From Glycera tridactyla (lineage: Eukaryota), in the NCBI GenBank assembly GCA_965644265.1, contig OZ286463.1, positions 56,916,001 to 56,980,000 on the forward strand: 64,000 nt of DNA, in the 5' to 3' direction. This document shows, piece by piece, positions 1 through 13,773 of this stretch (position 1 is the first letter of the stretch; every line of letters begins with the position of its first letter). The translations under genes were made by a program, and so were the position numbers. The notes beneath the pieces are model-generated. The model was not told the DNA's origin and ran no database searches. It was given only the letters and a program-made list of their open reading frames with translations.

Positions 1-2130
1 TCTTTTGCCGAAATCACATCAAAATTACAAAATGTTCACTTTGCCTCTCAGTGTTCATGAAAACATGAGTGACTGTCTGACATATCGGTGGAAAAGTGTC
101 AGATGAAATCTAGAATTCTGTCTGAATCACTGTTGAACCAGATGAAGAGAATTGAGTTAGAAGCGAGTCTGAATATCTGATATGGAGAGGCAATTCATAA
201 GTTTCCTTCAGACATATTATTTCATGAGATGGAAACTTTTTGCATGTACATATATATAGGCTTTTGGTGATATGTGAACATTAGCTGAATGCGACATTCC
301 CATGGGCGATGGATAAAATGGCCCGCATATGGCAGCCATTTTGGCATCCTACTGAGCAATATTCAACAAACAATCAGTCCTCATGAAAAAAAAAACAAAT
401 ATCATTATCATTGGAGGTAAATGAGTAGCGTAGGTGTCAATGCATATTACACACATGTTGACACATGACAAAAGCTAAGATCGCATTCCTGTGTGTGCAT
501 GGATGCAGCTCACGGTTGAAACCTCACTACTACTGTACGCAAGACGAGAATGATTTCTCGAAAAGAATGCATCTCTTAACTCATACCTGTTGAATATTCA
601 TACCCTCAAACATCTACATACTGTCTCATACTCACTGTATATTTCTAAAATAAAATACAGAGGGATTTTAAAAAAAGAAAGCTAATAAAGATATATAAGT
701 GGAATGGGAAATTCTATTGATAAAATAGAGTGAGGAATTACAATGTGGGGGTATACATGGGAAGGTGACAAGACAACAAGCATGGGCATAGCTATACATC
801 ACAGTGACAATGCATTCAATAATAATTAACTTGAAACATATAACAAGGCGATCAAAAAAATTTGAAACAAATAAGAAATATATAGCCACAAATTTGACTA
901 CATAGAGAAAACATTCAAGCAAATTGAGAAACATGATTCCCTCGACTTTCCCATGAAACGAGCCACATACATAATAACTGTATGCTTTCACCCTTCTGAC
1001 CCAAAATGTCCTTTCCAAAGTAATGTACTTTCACTTTGGACATAACAGTTGCCGTGGAGTCTCATGAATCACTAAAAAATCTGTTCTTACCCTTGTTCGA
1101 GGAGTGAATTCCATACTTTCTCCATACTTCCAATATCACATTCTACTTTTCTATATCTAACTTTCCAATTTTATATAGGACTATGTCAACATAATAATCT
1201 GTAGAAGTCCCTTATTTGGGTATTGTTGGGATTTTATAAGTTTCTATCAGTGCATACAGTGTATCTGTATAATAGGATTGAAGATATATGCTCCTCTAAA
1301 TTACCCAGCGCACATCTCACTGCAAAGAATTGCTAGCACCAGATAAATCACAAGCATCTTGATGAAAATTACTAATTCTTAGGACAGAACGAAATCTCTA
1401 ATGGTTTTGGTGATACCATCTGAAACTAGGATCACTCTAAAAATACGTGCCTAGCCTGGAAAATGGGTGACTCTATTTGATGACCGGAACATTTAGACAA
1501 GGGAGGACAAGAAATTACAAGAATGCAAATTTATACAAATAAACAAAGCAATTAAACTTACTGACAACATTGAAAGCTACTGAATGCCCATTCCAAGAAA
1601 ACCTAGGTGTAGTCAAAATGGGAAAAGTGTCACCTTTTGCTATATATTCTCTAGAGGAAAATTATAGTTGATGGAAATGCTAAGACCGATGTTATTTTGT
1701 AACCAGGAAACCAACTATGGCAATTATGTAGGTCAGCAGTTGCTATGGTTTTCCTGACAAGTGAATCCATCTTTCATATTCACCGTGCTTTCATGGTGAT
1801 TGGCCAAATAATTGTTTCACATATTTTCTACAGATAATCATAATCACTGGATATACCTGGTGCAATTTTGACAACACTTCGGATTTCATTGGAATGGCTA
1901 ACTATCAAACAGAAAAATGAACAGGTACCGTACAGTGACTAAGACTGACAAAGCATTTTTTTACCGACAACAAGAAGAAGATTAGAGACCATTACCAATA
2001 AAAGAATAATAACAATGGCAGGCTAGTTGAAAATGAATTGACAATGAGGAATACGACTTGTATGTTCCGCTATCGGTGAGGTAGATTTAAACATATTGAG
2101 TGGACACATAAAAAAAAGTGTAAAACGTAC

Positions 2131-2229
2131 CTTGATGGGCATCTTCACATTCATGAGCTCCGCCATACGAGTCACCACCTCCCATGGCCCATGAATTTTC
2201 ACGTAATAGGTTTTGCCATCCTGCGAATC
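2131..2229 (-). CDS. ANO: Anoctamin/TMEM16 internal coding exon (N-terminal cytoplasmic domain): [33 protein letters not shown]
   Basis: Acceptor ctttacattttgtAG and donor AAG|GTACGT; 99 nt, phase 0-0. Translation matches the anoctamin GKT(Y/F)xKIH(A/G)PWEVL...KMP(I/L)K motif and continues in frame from the 11569-11739 exon. Paralog not assignable. Confidence 0.93.
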
Positions 2230-4592
2230 CTACAAAATGTAAAGTCTTTGTTAATACCATGAAGTTCATACACCCCTTTGCCAACTGTGCCAGTAAGTTG
2301 AAAATTGTGCTAGGTGCCTTAATGGTTTGGGAGAGGAAAATATGCATGTTGACATGGCAAATTCACCAAACAGTTGGCTTATTCAAGGGGAGGAGTCTGC
2401 ATGGACACCATGAATGTAGCACAGCCAGCCAATGCTCGGTTGATTTGGCTACCAATGCAAAAGGGCAACACAGAGACCTTTTACAAAAGTCAGAATCAAT
2501 CAAAAATTGAATGGGTGTACCTAGCAATGAGGAGCATCTAATCAAACTTTGATTTTCCCTGATATTTATGAGCTAGTTCATCATTCAAAACATGAACTAT
2601 TTTTTTTCCCGAATCGACTTATCTATTCACATCAGTTCAATGAAAGGGTGGTATTGAAGAAATTACATGCAGTTGTACATTTTTGAAGGATGCTGCTTGG
2701 GACAGCCTTTCTTCTTACCACTGACGGATTGGTGCTTTTCCCATAGCTTATAGGACAGATCTATGCACCAGCATGAAGATGTGAATTATTTTAAACTTTG
2801 CACACTCTCTACACAAATATCCTTTGTCAGGAATAAATCCTCATGCTAGAGAGAGAAATTCATGCAAGTCGACAGTATATCCAATATAACCTGCAACTTC
2901 ACTAAAGACAAATGTTGAGAAGATTAACTTAAGATTAACTTCTGTACACTACACTTTATAACTACAACAGTAGGATTATCTACCACATATTCAAGGATCA
3001 AAATCTAACTCATACATATGAGACAACAAAACAAATCTTGGAGAAAATCGAGCAATGTAGTAGATAGATAGCATAATATTCTACTTTCTAATCCCGGCAA
3101 GTACCCTGCATACAGTCCACCCTATAATGCCCCCATCTTCCTCTCCCAACATAGAAGGGCGTAGGACCCAGCCTTATTGGTTTCAATAATCAAGCAACAG
3201 TACCCAGGATCACCAGGAGAGGGACATTCATTGTCACACTGAACTGTGCAATGCCACTGGAGAAAAGATAATCAAAACGAGAATTATTCTGAGGGAAATT
3301 CACATGGATCAGGAAGTCCGGCCAGCACAAGCATTGGATTCAAACCTTCAAATCCATGTAAAATGATATCACTCCAAAATAATTTGGAAGGTGAGAGTTT
3401 CTATTATTCTTTTATTCTACATGTGCAATTGTTTCTTTAGTAGAATGAGTTCTAATAGCATGAATATGGCATGCACTCATAAAATTCTTGCCTCCAGTCT
3501 GGAACAAAACCGCCATTTGGATAACAAACCAGTACAGAAGATTCCAAGATAATCTTTCTCTCCAACAGCTTTGCACCGTCACTAAGACATCCCAAGGAAG
3601 AGTGTGGAATTTGGCAATCAAGAATTTGTAGTCTGGTGTTGATGCAAGTGAAAAGTGAGATGTGAACTTGATTATTAGCGCAGTGAACCCAAGTGATAAG
3701 ACAGCCCAAGAAACTTAATTACCCAATGAGAAACCAAAGATAGGTAGGTATTTAGCCAAACCGAATAGAAAAGAACATGAATAACAGAAGACATACAAAA
3801 TTAACTGTGTGTGAATAGGGTCAGGATCAAAAACCTTGCATTTGATCAGAGAGAGAAATATTCATCGATTCCTAATGCATTACAAACGGAAAAAACTTGA
3901 GAGATCTGTGAAAAGAAAACAAGTACATTGTATAGAATTCAGTTCATAGTCTTATACAGAACCTGTGATTTTGTGAGATCAAGAAATTGAGAGACTTGGG
4001 AAAGTAAAAACTAAACAATAAAGGAGATGATCTTGCCGAGAAATTATGCACTGGATAAATCAGGATAGATTTAGCTCAGAAAAAAGGACCAAATTTTGTA
4101 CGGCATCCCACCTGCATGCACAAGATGCAAGAATACATGGCAACGCAATTGACAAATCATGAGCATGACGCAAACAATTCATGTTTTTGGCATGTACAGC
4201 ATGCAGAAATGCACCAGAAATCCAGCATGCAAAACAGCATCTTCAAAACCAAATGTTATCTGATTAGTTGAGAAACTTTTTCAACCAAAAAATCTTCATA
4301 GTATGAGAAGAATTTTAAAATACGCAAGAATTTTTAGCTTCGTCAGTGAGATATTTTGCGAAAGGTCATTAAAACAAAAAAGTTGGAACGGAATTTATGC
4401 TAATGCAATGAGCAGTAAAATTATTAGTCGAAATGCATGTGACTCAGTCAGAATGGTGCAGCAATAAAGGAGCAGTTTGAGCAAGCCTGCACTTAAGTTC
4501 ACTCCGACTGGCTCAAGGATATTTACAAAGTGTGTGTGTGTGTATGCGTGTTTGTGTGTGTGAGTGTGGGTGCATGCATGCATGCACGCATA

Positions 4593-4770
4593 CAGTCAAT
4601 CCTGCCTACAATGACCACCATTGCTTGTGCCAAAAAGTGGTCTTTGCACACGACTGGCCTTTGCAGAATGGTTGCTGTTTTTGGAGAAAAAAAACTATGA
4701 CAGTCAATGTTTGCAGTGACCTTTGTAGGTAATCTCTTTATGTAGGTGGTCTCTTGAACAGGTTCAACTG
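4593..4770. mobile_element. Family B-like TA-flanked MITE (Tc1/mariner-pogo type), diverged
   Basis: ta|CAGTCAATCCTG...CAGGTTCAACTG|ta; internal GACCAC/GTGGTC repeats; 178 bp. Confidence 0.7.
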
Positions 4771-5343
4771 TACATGCACATTGTATGCATTCTCGTGTCT
4801 GCATTCATCGGTCCCTTTAAGTAATGCGTTGGTGCATTCAAAAGGCACCATATGGTAATATTCTCAGAAAAAACACAGGCGTTGAGACCATCAATTATTT
4901 TTGGCACTGCCATTGAAGGGTGATATGGTGTGTGGAGCTATTGTTGGTTGATTGTTTGTTGATTGATGAGTTTGTTTGTTTGTTGGTTGTTTTGGCCCCG
5001 CCGCTGATTCGACTTACCGCCAGTGCGAGGCGAAGAGGTCATCAATGAGAGGAGAAGGTGAAGAATTATGTGATAAAATATGAAACAGAAACCATGGTGA
5101 ACACCAAATATAAGGAGAGATCATGCTAACAGCACTCTCTATGTTATAACCATGGTTAGTCATTTACAGGTCATGCACAGAATCAAAGTTAATGATGAAA
5201 AGAGAAATATGGATTACAAATTAGTGTCAGTTTCGAGGTAAAGTACCGTATATGGCATAATCATCACCCATCCTTCCATGAACGCCCATCCCTCAAAAAT
5301 GGAGCTGATGCCTTCCACAGGGAAGTTCCTGTTATTGAATGTA

Positions 5344-5521
5344 CAGTCGAACCTCCTCTTAAGACCACCTCTCTATAAAGACCACCTCCCTATAAAGACC
5401 ACCCTAAGCTGCGACCGTGGTAGTATTTCTAACAGTAAATGACCTCTCTATAAAGACCACCTCCCTATAATGACAATTTTTTTATGGGACCGAAGGCGGT
5501 CTTTATAGACAGGTTTGACTG
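5344..5521 (+). mobile_element. Family B MITE
   Basis: ta|CAGTCGAACC...GGTTTGACTG|ta; repeated AAAGACCACCT; core ctgcgaccgtggtagtatttctaacagtaaatgacc shared with other B copies. Confidence 0.9.
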
Positions 5522-5906
5522 TATATGTATGAGTATAGGACCACTCAATGAGGCATGATCTACTGATGAAAGACATAAAAGAGACGTCGACAGAAGCCAA
5601 TTCACACCTTATTCAAGCTATTGTTTGCACCTCCATGCTTGAATGATTTACGGTGTTCAATGCATGAAGGGCCAATCTCCACAATGCTGAATCACTTATT
5701 CATGGATTTCTTAATATAAACAGGTGGCTAGCATCTTTGATAGTGATTTGGGTACCATAATTAGTGTGGTTAAGGACAGAGCTAGCAGCTCTTGGTTCTC
5801 ATCATGGGATGAGGCATAAGATGGTGGTCCACTCAGTGTGATGGTGGTACCACCGGTAAATTCATCACGCTTGCGGCAGGAATATCAAAAAGATTTGATC
5901 AACAAC

Positions 5907-6090
5907 CAGTGATACCACTGCATTGAAGCAGAAGTTCCTAAAACCTAACCATATTTCCTGAATCTACCACAATATACTTCTAAAAGCTTGAGATTCGAAA
6001 CGTTCAGTCTGATCTGAAGAGTCTTTTGGATTCCAAATTTTGTTACAAATTTCCTGAATTCAGGAAATTTCCTCAAAATTGGCATCACTG
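5907..6090. mobile_element. CAGTGAT-ended hAT-like MITE (old); related fragments near 9505, 17290, 20360 and 30809-30945
   Basis: TIR CAGTGATACCA / TGGCATCACTG; shared right arm aatttcctgaa...aaaattggcatcactg; no TSD discernible. Confidence 0.5.
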
Positions 6091-7476
6091 TTAGTGTAAT
6101 TGGTAGTCTCTATTGACCCTCGACTATGTTGTTGCCCTTCAATATCTCTAAACATCCTCATTCTCAACATCACTGCTTTCTTGATCGAGTCCATTTCCCT
6201 TCTATACCCCATTCATATCCCATCGGTGATCCTGATGCCAAGGCGAATTATTATGCCATTTATGGTACTTAAAATCACAAAAAAGGGAGTGTAAAAATCA
6301 CAAAGAAGTTAGTGTAAGAGTTATCAAAGTGGTTCTATATCAGAGAAGGCACACAGATTACACATAGATTCTGGTTGTACCAGTGTTAGATTATCACACA
6401 GAGATACATGAATATCAATTAAGAAAGCAGCAAACTAACTTAATGATGGTCATCTGCCCTACCATTTCAGATTGGGTGGGGAGGGCAAGTTTCGGGACAT
6501 CAGGAACCGAGGGCACCAAACCCATCTCAGAATTCAGTAATATTGGAGGTGCTATATCACAATTCTACGGGTCATTCAATTTAATCACGTTTCCTTTTTT
6601 CACTCTGGGGGATGATGTGATGATTTCTTGCCACTCTTCACAGGAATAGAAATCTTGAATGGAATCGATATAAAATGGCGATTACAAAAGTCACTGACTT
6701 CTTAACAAGTACAAATCGCTATAAAAACTATCGAAAAAGGGAAGAAAACCGCAAATCCCTGATCTGAAGAAAAAACTCGTTGAAAAAAATGAATCCCTAT
6801 AATTTCATAAGAAGTTCCATTACACAAGCTGGTTAGTAGGCACAATAAATTCAAGAGGGGAAATTGTAGGCACCATTTCAGCTATGATGGTTATGCACTC
6901 TCCAAACAAGCATCTATATAGAGGGGGGGGGGGCTTGTTAAATTGGGGAAGAAGCAAAAATTGGTGCATTGTTAAATAATGGGAGAAGCCAAAATTTGGT
7001 GCAAGTGCATACATCCACCACTGGTCCATCTAAATAAACTTTGGGTGCCCAATAAATATTGCACTACAAGGTTTTCTATAGAAACCATGTAGCAAATGGT
7101 GATCAGGCCCCAAGCACCAATAAATTATAACTAATGTGCAAGATTCTTTTCATAAACTGAAAGGTAGGGAAAATACATGTATTGCATCTCTATCTCATCT
7201 GCTCATCGGTTTGCTCATTTCTTATTCCACCCTAACCTTGATATTCAAATTTACAAAGAAAGTTCAGATGGTTTCTGAAAATATCATTTGTATATTCCGA
7301 TGGCGCATCATACAGTTTCCTTCTAAATGTTCCCATTCGTTAGTTCTGTATTATCATAGATTACAATAATCGAGGAACAAATATACTAGCGGTGCCAAAA
7401 TCGTAGTGGCTGGCATCTGTGTACTATGCGCCATTGAAGTAATATTCAATCTTACTGCAATGCCAACCTTTGATGG

Positions 7477-8056
7477 CAGGGCGCGAAGAGATCGCCTCCC
7501 GAACGTCCCGGGCGTGTCAGAATCGCGGTCGGGCGGGTACATCTCAAAGTATCACGGCTTTTTCGGGCGGGTTCTTTTGGCCATATTTCTGTTAGATCGC
7601 ATCTAAAAGTCGCGAAAACGAAGTTTATTTGTCAAACTCGCTGGCGAGTTTCGTCACTTTCGGAAGACCCAGCGCCATCTTTAACGCTGGAGGTGATAAA
7701 GAATCGACACAGATATCTCTCGTGATCCCTGATTGGCCAAATTGCCGGAATCGCGGCGAAATCGACCAATCAGCGACCTGCTTTCATGGGGCTCTCGTCG
7801 CGAGATGTCAACAATGTGCGCAGAAGACGATTTCCGACCATCTGCGCAGGTTTCGGAACCACGAGGAAGCCGAGCCAACGAATGAATTTTATCACGTTTG
7901 ACGTGTTTTTCAAGGCGATTCGACGTATATATACGAGTGTTTCCACAATCCCGATGACATTTATATACGGACGGGTTGTTTTTTGGCGGGGGCGGGTGAC
8001 TATGATTTTCACCCGCCCGTCGGGCGGGTGGTTTTTTTCGATGTCTTAGCGCCCTG
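7477..8056. mobile_element. 580-bp CAGGG-ended non-autonomous DNA transposon with 5-bp TSD GATGG, inserted in a family E repeat
   Basis: TIR CAGGGCGCGAAGA / TCTTAGCGCCCTG; GATGG on both sides. Removing it plus one TSD restores the tgccaacctttgatg..taaaa.tagt sequence seen at ~48150. CpG-rich interior. Confidence 0.85.
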
Positions 8057-8399
8057 GATGGGTAAAAATAGTTATGAAGCCAAAAAAGAAAAGTTTTTTT
8101 TCTTGAAGAAATGTACATAAAATGTTAGAATTTTGGCCCAAAAGGAGTGATTATTCCTTCCAAATGATAAATATTGGTATCTCTTATATTATCACAGGAC
8201 CTGTGTCCTAGGAATGGGCGCAAGACATTGATGTTCGAGGTCCCTGAAGATTCAAAGATCTCTGTTTGGCACATACATGTACATAATTTACTTTGGACCT
8301 GAGAGGAATTATGACAGGCAGAAAGTAATACAATTATTTCCAACTTATCACAGGTGAATGCTAGTGTCCTCAAATTCAAGATATCTTGATCTGGAGTAA

Positions 8400-8581
8400 C
8401 AGGGGTTGACATCAAGGGTTGCCCTACTGCCCACCGCAAGTAAAATTTGCATTCGGGCAAGTGTATTGCCATGCCTACTTGCCTGAATGGCAAGTGCATT
8501 TCAGGAATGTTCGGGCAAGTACACCTGGATAAGCATTTGCCCGGGAAGCAAGTGCATCAATAACCTTAGTGTCAAGCCCTA
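8400..8581. mobile_element. CAGGG-ended MITE with GGGCAAGT internal repeats (old)
   Basis: TIR CAGGGGTTGACATCAAGG / CCTTAGTGTCAAGCCCTA; TSD not preserved. Confidence 0.6.
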
Positions 8582-8719
8582 AATCTGTCTATTTTTTTGT
8601 CCTAATGATAGAGTCGTGGACAGGTGGATCTTCCATGAGAATCACATGAGCAGAGAGAAGAGATGAGATGCAATAATGGTGGATTAGAACAAAAAATGGT
8701 ACTGTAAGATTATTGAAGA

Positions 8720-9095
8720 CAGAGATGCCAACTGTTGACGACCAAAATTAGTAATGATGCTAATTTTTGAGAGTAATGATGACAGTTATTGTGATGAACA
8801 AAATAAGAGGGTCATGAATTTCTTGGACTGACAGGGCTCTACATTGGTCAAAATATTTGGGAGCCAACTCGGTCCTAGGTTGAAATTTTTGGTTGCCAAT
8901 GAAAAACATCGGTAGTCAGTCAATACATTACCGATTACATCTTCATCGGCCAGAGGGTATATTTGGGAGCCATTGACTACCCACAGGTAGCAACGTAGAG
9001 CCCTGAGTGATGTTACACTAAACTACGTAAACTGCCAAAATAATGGCTCAAAAATAGTCATCATTACTACAAAATCGTAATGGTTGGTATCTCTG
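8720..9095. mobile_element. Family E MITE (CAGAGATGCCAAC TIR) carrying the nested 8832-9005 element; another copy at about 48145-48309
   Basis: TIR CAGAGATGCCAAC / GTTGGTATCTCTG; arms match 48145-48309 and the flanks of 7477-8056. Confidence 0.65.
8832..9005. mobile_element. 174-bp CAGGGCTCTAC MITE with 5-bp TSD (ACTGA/AGTGA)
   Basis: 15-bp TIR CAGGGCTCTACATTG / CAACGTAGAGCCCTG; 5-bp flanks match 4/5. Confidence 0.85.
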
Positions 9096-10254
9096 GGAAA
9101 AGCCAAATGTGCCTGATACAGTATTCAAAATGCAACCTGTATCAGTCTTGGTTTATCTCAGGGTGTAAGGAAAACACATGGAGAGAAAGGCAGGATGAGA
9201 TAAAAGAGTTGCATTTTGATCACTCAGGCAGTTGAATACTTCGTCATACAATCATTCAGAACACAATACATGAAAGTATGGAATACAATTAAACTACAAT
9301 ATCAACTTCAAAATCGGTATCGCTAACATACAATCAGTATAATAGAAACTAAAATGAGCAACCTTATGCTGAGCAGTAACCATCAGTCGATGAGTGTTCT
9401 TCCTTGTCGCGACCATTTGCATTTATATCAATTGAAAATTTGTTACTTGACTCCATGTTTGAAGGACATTACAGGAAGTGACTAAATTTTAATTATGATC
9501 CAATTTTTCGGAATTCAGAAAATTGGCATCGCTGCAAACAAGATTATTTGGTGGTGATTCTATACAATATTGTATCAAAAGGCATGGAAATTTATGAAAA
9601 AAGAAGTAAGCTCACCAAATGCAGGTGTGAACGTTGAATGCAACTTCAAAAAGTCTGAACTCAATTGTTAAAAATATTTGACAAGTGAGTAGCTATGCAT
9701 TTTGTGCACACTCCACCCAATACCACAAATATTGTTCTCAATAGAATCATGAGAGGAATAAGTTGATCTATTCAATTTTCGCGATGTTATATGAAGAAGA
9801 ATGATACAGTGTGTGTGTGATTTCACTGATGGGATGCTCAGCACTGGAAGTGTTGGGCTCATTATTCTAGTACCCCTTCTTGTAGTCATTCACCCGATCC
9901 CAGTAGGGATGACAATCTCCGATGGACAGAAATAGTAGCAGTGCCAATTCCAAATGAGTAGCAGAGCTGGGAATTTTTAATGAAAAGATGAAGAAAATCT
10001 TGGTTTTGTGAAATTGTATCACACATGAAACTAAAGATTTTTGGCGCCACTCTAAAGTCCTAGTGGTTGGCATCTCTGCACTAGTGAGGGAAAATAATGT
10101 CACACAACTACTTTTTTACAATTTATCTATTCTATATTTCTACTGAATTTTAACAAAACCTTCAACAATTGTAAAAAGGGTGCAAAAACATGAAAATCTT
10201 CAAAAAGTTTTCAATCTAATCGAACAACACACACTTTAGTATGCCATAAAACAG

Positions 10255-10459
10255 CAGGGTTGCATCCAGGATTTTCAGAGTTAACGGCATTTGCCCGCCT
10301 TGATTTGAGAAAAATCTACAGGATGGGTTCATTTAATTTGGAGGAGTACAACCCTTTTGTTGATTTAGAGGGTATCTCAGCCCCTGATTGCCTTGAAAAG
10401 GGGCCAACACTCAATGAAATATGTGAAATGCCTTAATGTCTGTCGTGAATGCAACCCTG
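10255..10459. mobile_element. CAGGGTTGCAT MITE, possible 6-bp TSD (AAACAG/AAACAA); related diverged copy at 22142-22364
   Basis: TIR CAGGGTTGCAT / ATGCAACCCTG; shared core ttgatttagRgggYatc..agcccctgRttgc. Confidence 0.7.
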
Positions 10460-11568
10460 AAACAAGATTCTAGACAGAATGTCAACATCTGATCAAAACT
10501 ACACACACCTCCAAATGTTATCAAATAAGATCATGGACAAAGAATCAATGCAAGCATTTGCTATCTTGAGATAGTGTGCTGAATGATTTGTCCACACACA
10601 TTGATAACTGGAATTGGTCATGATGCCAATTCACACGAGTGATGATGGCCACATTTGCAATGATCAAATTTGAGAATCCTGAATATGCTGGAATTTTGTT
10701 ACACATAAAATGCCAAAACTGTGGTTCAGAAGGAGTAATCATTACCCCAAAGTCATGATGGTTGATTTGTATGTATCTGTGAAAATCAAATGCTTGCTTT
10801 GATCACAATGAAAAGTACAATACAACTGAGAGGATATCAATTTATATCAGGTCAGCAAACTACAATAGAAAGCTCACAACCAAATTATGTGTTCTTAGAT
10901 AGGGACAAATTCTGTAACCAGTTCATCGAATGACTTTTTGTGTTACTGGGCAACCAGAGACTATGAAAGCATTAACCAAATAGATCTAAATGAGTTTGAA
11001 ATAGAGTGGATCGCACGTCTTTTAGAAATGAGCCACGACATGAGCCACAACCCGGGAAGCAGCTTCTGGTTGGCCGATAANNNNNNNNNNNNNNNNNNNN
11101 NNNNNNNNNNNNNNNNNNNNNNNNNNNNNNNNNNNNNNNNNNNNNNNNNNNNNNNNNNNNNNNNNNNNNNNNNNNNNNNNNNNNNNNNNNNNNNNNNNNN
11201 NNNNNNNNNNNNNNTACAAAATATGTGCTTTTCTATCATTAAAAACCCAAACAACAAAATTCACTATTCATGACCCTTTCATTCTCATCTCATTTTGAAT
11301 TTGCAAAAGATATTTTGATTTCGCAGCCAGGGCGATTTTCTCGCATTTTCTGTTTCTCATCATATAAGGATGTCAGTGGCACATATTTACTACAAATTGA
11401 CTGTTCATTATATGGATATTCAAAATAAAGATACAAATTTTGAGTCTCAAGACTCACAGGACAATGTGAGAGTGCAGCACATCAGATCTGAGGATAAAAG
11501 GGTCACATTTTCATCCCAACACCATGCATGGCAGATTTTATTCAGAATATGTTACCATAGTTACCGAC

Positions 11569-11739
11569 CTTTTTGTCTTCATATTCTAGCTCGAGACCTT
11601 CTTCCAAAAGCTGTTCCTCGAAGTACTTGCGGCGTTCCTCTTTCTTCTCGTCAGTGAGATCTTCGTAGGCCAAAACATAATCGATCCTACGTTTGCCATC
11701 TTTGAAATACAGCGTCTCTTTGGGATCCTCTATTGAAGC
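11569..11739 (-). CDS. ANO: Anoctamin/TMEM16 internal coding exon: ASIEDPKETLYFKDGKRRIDYVLAYEDLTDEKKEERRKYFEEQLLEEGLELEYEDKK
   Basis: Acceptor ctttatctgttgcAG and donor AAG|GTCGGT; 171 nt, phase 0-0. Contains the anoctamin hallmark YFxDGKR(R/K)IDYVL and FExxLxxxGLELE motifs. Confidence 0.95.
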
Positions 11740-12083
11740 CTGCAACAGATAAAGAAAAGCGTACATGAGGAATAGAATTTAAATTATGGACTAATGACAG
11801 CTCCTTGCAGTAAGACTGGAAGTGCGTTTGCAGTGATTCGCAGACAAAGGAAAATGCATCGGCCTTTCCGGTACATTGATGTCGTTTCTATGTGCCATGA
11901 AACATTGTGGTACTGATGCCCCTTGACTGAAATGATATACCCTGAAGTGTTGGCAGATTCCCTCCCCATAATTCCAAAATCCACCGATTTTACATTTTCA
12001 ATCCAATTTGGAAGCGGATTTTGTGAATTCAGGACAATTTTGGAGAACTGGCCCCAGGCTGTGTTTTGGCCACATCATGTATA

Positions 12084-12260
12084 CAGTGAAACCTGTGACG
12101 GGGGACCCTCTGATGAGAGACCACCTCCAACTGGAGACCAATTTTCAAGGGCAGCCTTTATATTTGACGTAGTCAAATCCACCTCAGATGTAAGACTATC
12201 TCTTTTGTGAGACCGCTTTTTCAGTGATGTTTTGGGTGGTCTATCATCGCAGGTTTCACT
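12084..12260 (+). mobile_element. Family A TA-flanked MITE
   Basis: ta|CAGTGAAACCTG...CAGGTTTCACT; GAGAGACCACCT repeats; central hairpin tatttgacNNNgtcaaat. Confidence 0.9.
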
Positions 12261-12312
12261 TGATATACCGGTAGTCCCGTATAGTCCAACTTTATGAGCC
12301 TTACGACATAGG

Positions 12313-12987
12313 CAGGGTTCCCACACTTTTGGACAAATGGAATTCAAGGGCTTTTCCCGGGCTTCTCCTGGGCTAAAATGGCCATTTTTTCCGGGCTACC
12401 TTGTCAGTCTGACACGTTCGCGAAAGCATTCAAATTTTCGCGCCAAAACGTAGGCTGCTGGTAGTTCACATCAATCTCACTAAGCACCGAGTGGCGCTGC
12501 AATCGAAGTGCGAATAGCGCCACATGACGGAATTATCAGGAACCAACGCGAAAACAAGATGCGCAGAAGACGTTTTTACGAGCATCCCGTGTATTTCGTG
12601 CGCAGCTTTTGAACCGGCGTTCTGTCAATTGCAATTAACCAGTAGGATTATCGATTATAAGCCAATCTAATGGTAATACACAACCGTCTTCTGTTCACGT
12701 CAGTCCCCCGAGACGTTGTTAATTATCCCCGGGCCGTGACCAGAAACCAGCCATTGCTCGAATGTTTGTGTTTCGTATCCGATTACGCGAACGAAGTGAC
12801 GATTGAACAGCCATCAACTGACCAAGGCGCCGATTTCGTCGAGTTTCACGCGATTTCAGTGAATTTCCCGGGATTTCATAGTTTTTCCCGGGCATTTTAG
12901 TGAAATCCCGGGCTTTTCCCGACCAGGAACGCCGATTTGCCGATTCCCGGGCTTTTCCTGGTTTCCCGGGCCCGTGGGAACCCTATG
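12313..12987. mobile_element. 675-bp CAGGGTTCCCAC non-autonomous element with 5-bp TSD ATAGG
   Basis: TIR CAGGGTTCCCAC / GTGGGAACCCT(at)G; ATAGG on both flanks if the right end carries a 2-nt insertion; subterminal TTTTCCCGGG repeats; CpG-rich interior. Confidence 0.8.
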
Positions 12988-13474
12988 ATAGGGTATGCAG
13001 TCGGGATAAGCCAATCATCTAAAGTGATACTGTACACTCATCCATTTGCATGGATCCAGTGGTCCTCATGTGAGTTTGAATCAATGGTTCAGTTGCTAGG
13101 TTGTATGTTTAGTTGGTTGGTTGATTAGTTCATTGGGGTTTATCATCTGATAAAGGGTCCAGCGTGTATATAATCGCCATCTACCATGCTGGGTTGGAGG
13201 CGGGGTATAACCCGCGAGGTATGACCATTGCCTGGTCAAGTGATGCATGCATGCCGATACTGATTGGCCAGAGACGTGCCGATGGTAGACGCGTCACACA
13301 AATTGCCAATCTTGGCGGGATTTTCAAACTTTGAAGGCTTTCAACTGTTGAATTTAATCAAGTTTTCAAATAGAAATATAGGACAATAAATACAGAATAC
13401 CCCTCGTATCAGGCATGGGGAGGATGTACATGCTGAGTAACATTGCTTGGGGAGGCACAAAGTTGGTTGGTTGG

Positions 13475-13711
13475 CAGGGATGTGATTGGCTCACAACTAA
13501 AAACACTGAAGACCTGACCAGGAGCCTTCAAAAGAATACTGGTGTCTGAAGGCTACTGAAACTCCATACATTGTGCTCCATCTCCACTGATACTGGTCCG
13601 ATTTGCATGTTCTAAAAGACATAATAATCAGCAGCAAAGAGCCTTTGCTGTGGTGCTATTTGAGAGCAAAGACACAGATATACACAGATTCACAGAACAA
13701 TCACATCCCTG
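13475..13711. mobile_element. Family F CAGGGATGTGATTG MITE with 6-bp TSD (GGTTGG/GGTTTG)
   Basis: Perfect 14-bp TIR; flanks match 5/6; other copies at 49599, 35776 and 27332 (partial). Confidence 0.85.
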
Positions 13712-13773
13712 GGTTTGGGGTCTATCAGCATATATAAACTGGGATGAGCGACCGCTTAGCACTGATGCTTTAC

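Noticed and set aside
5012-5017. Perfect minus-strand donor GCG|GTAAGT between the two conserved anoctamin exons
   Set aside because: The phase-0 frame has tandem stops eight codons upstream, the flanking exons already join seamlessly, and it lies next to a SINE-like microsatellite tail.
5563-5588. CTGATGA...GAGACGTC hammerhead-like string, plus a GAAACGTT/CTGAAGA string near 5995-6025
   Set aside because: Helix II or the motif order is incompatible with a hammerhead fold; at best unrecognisable relics.
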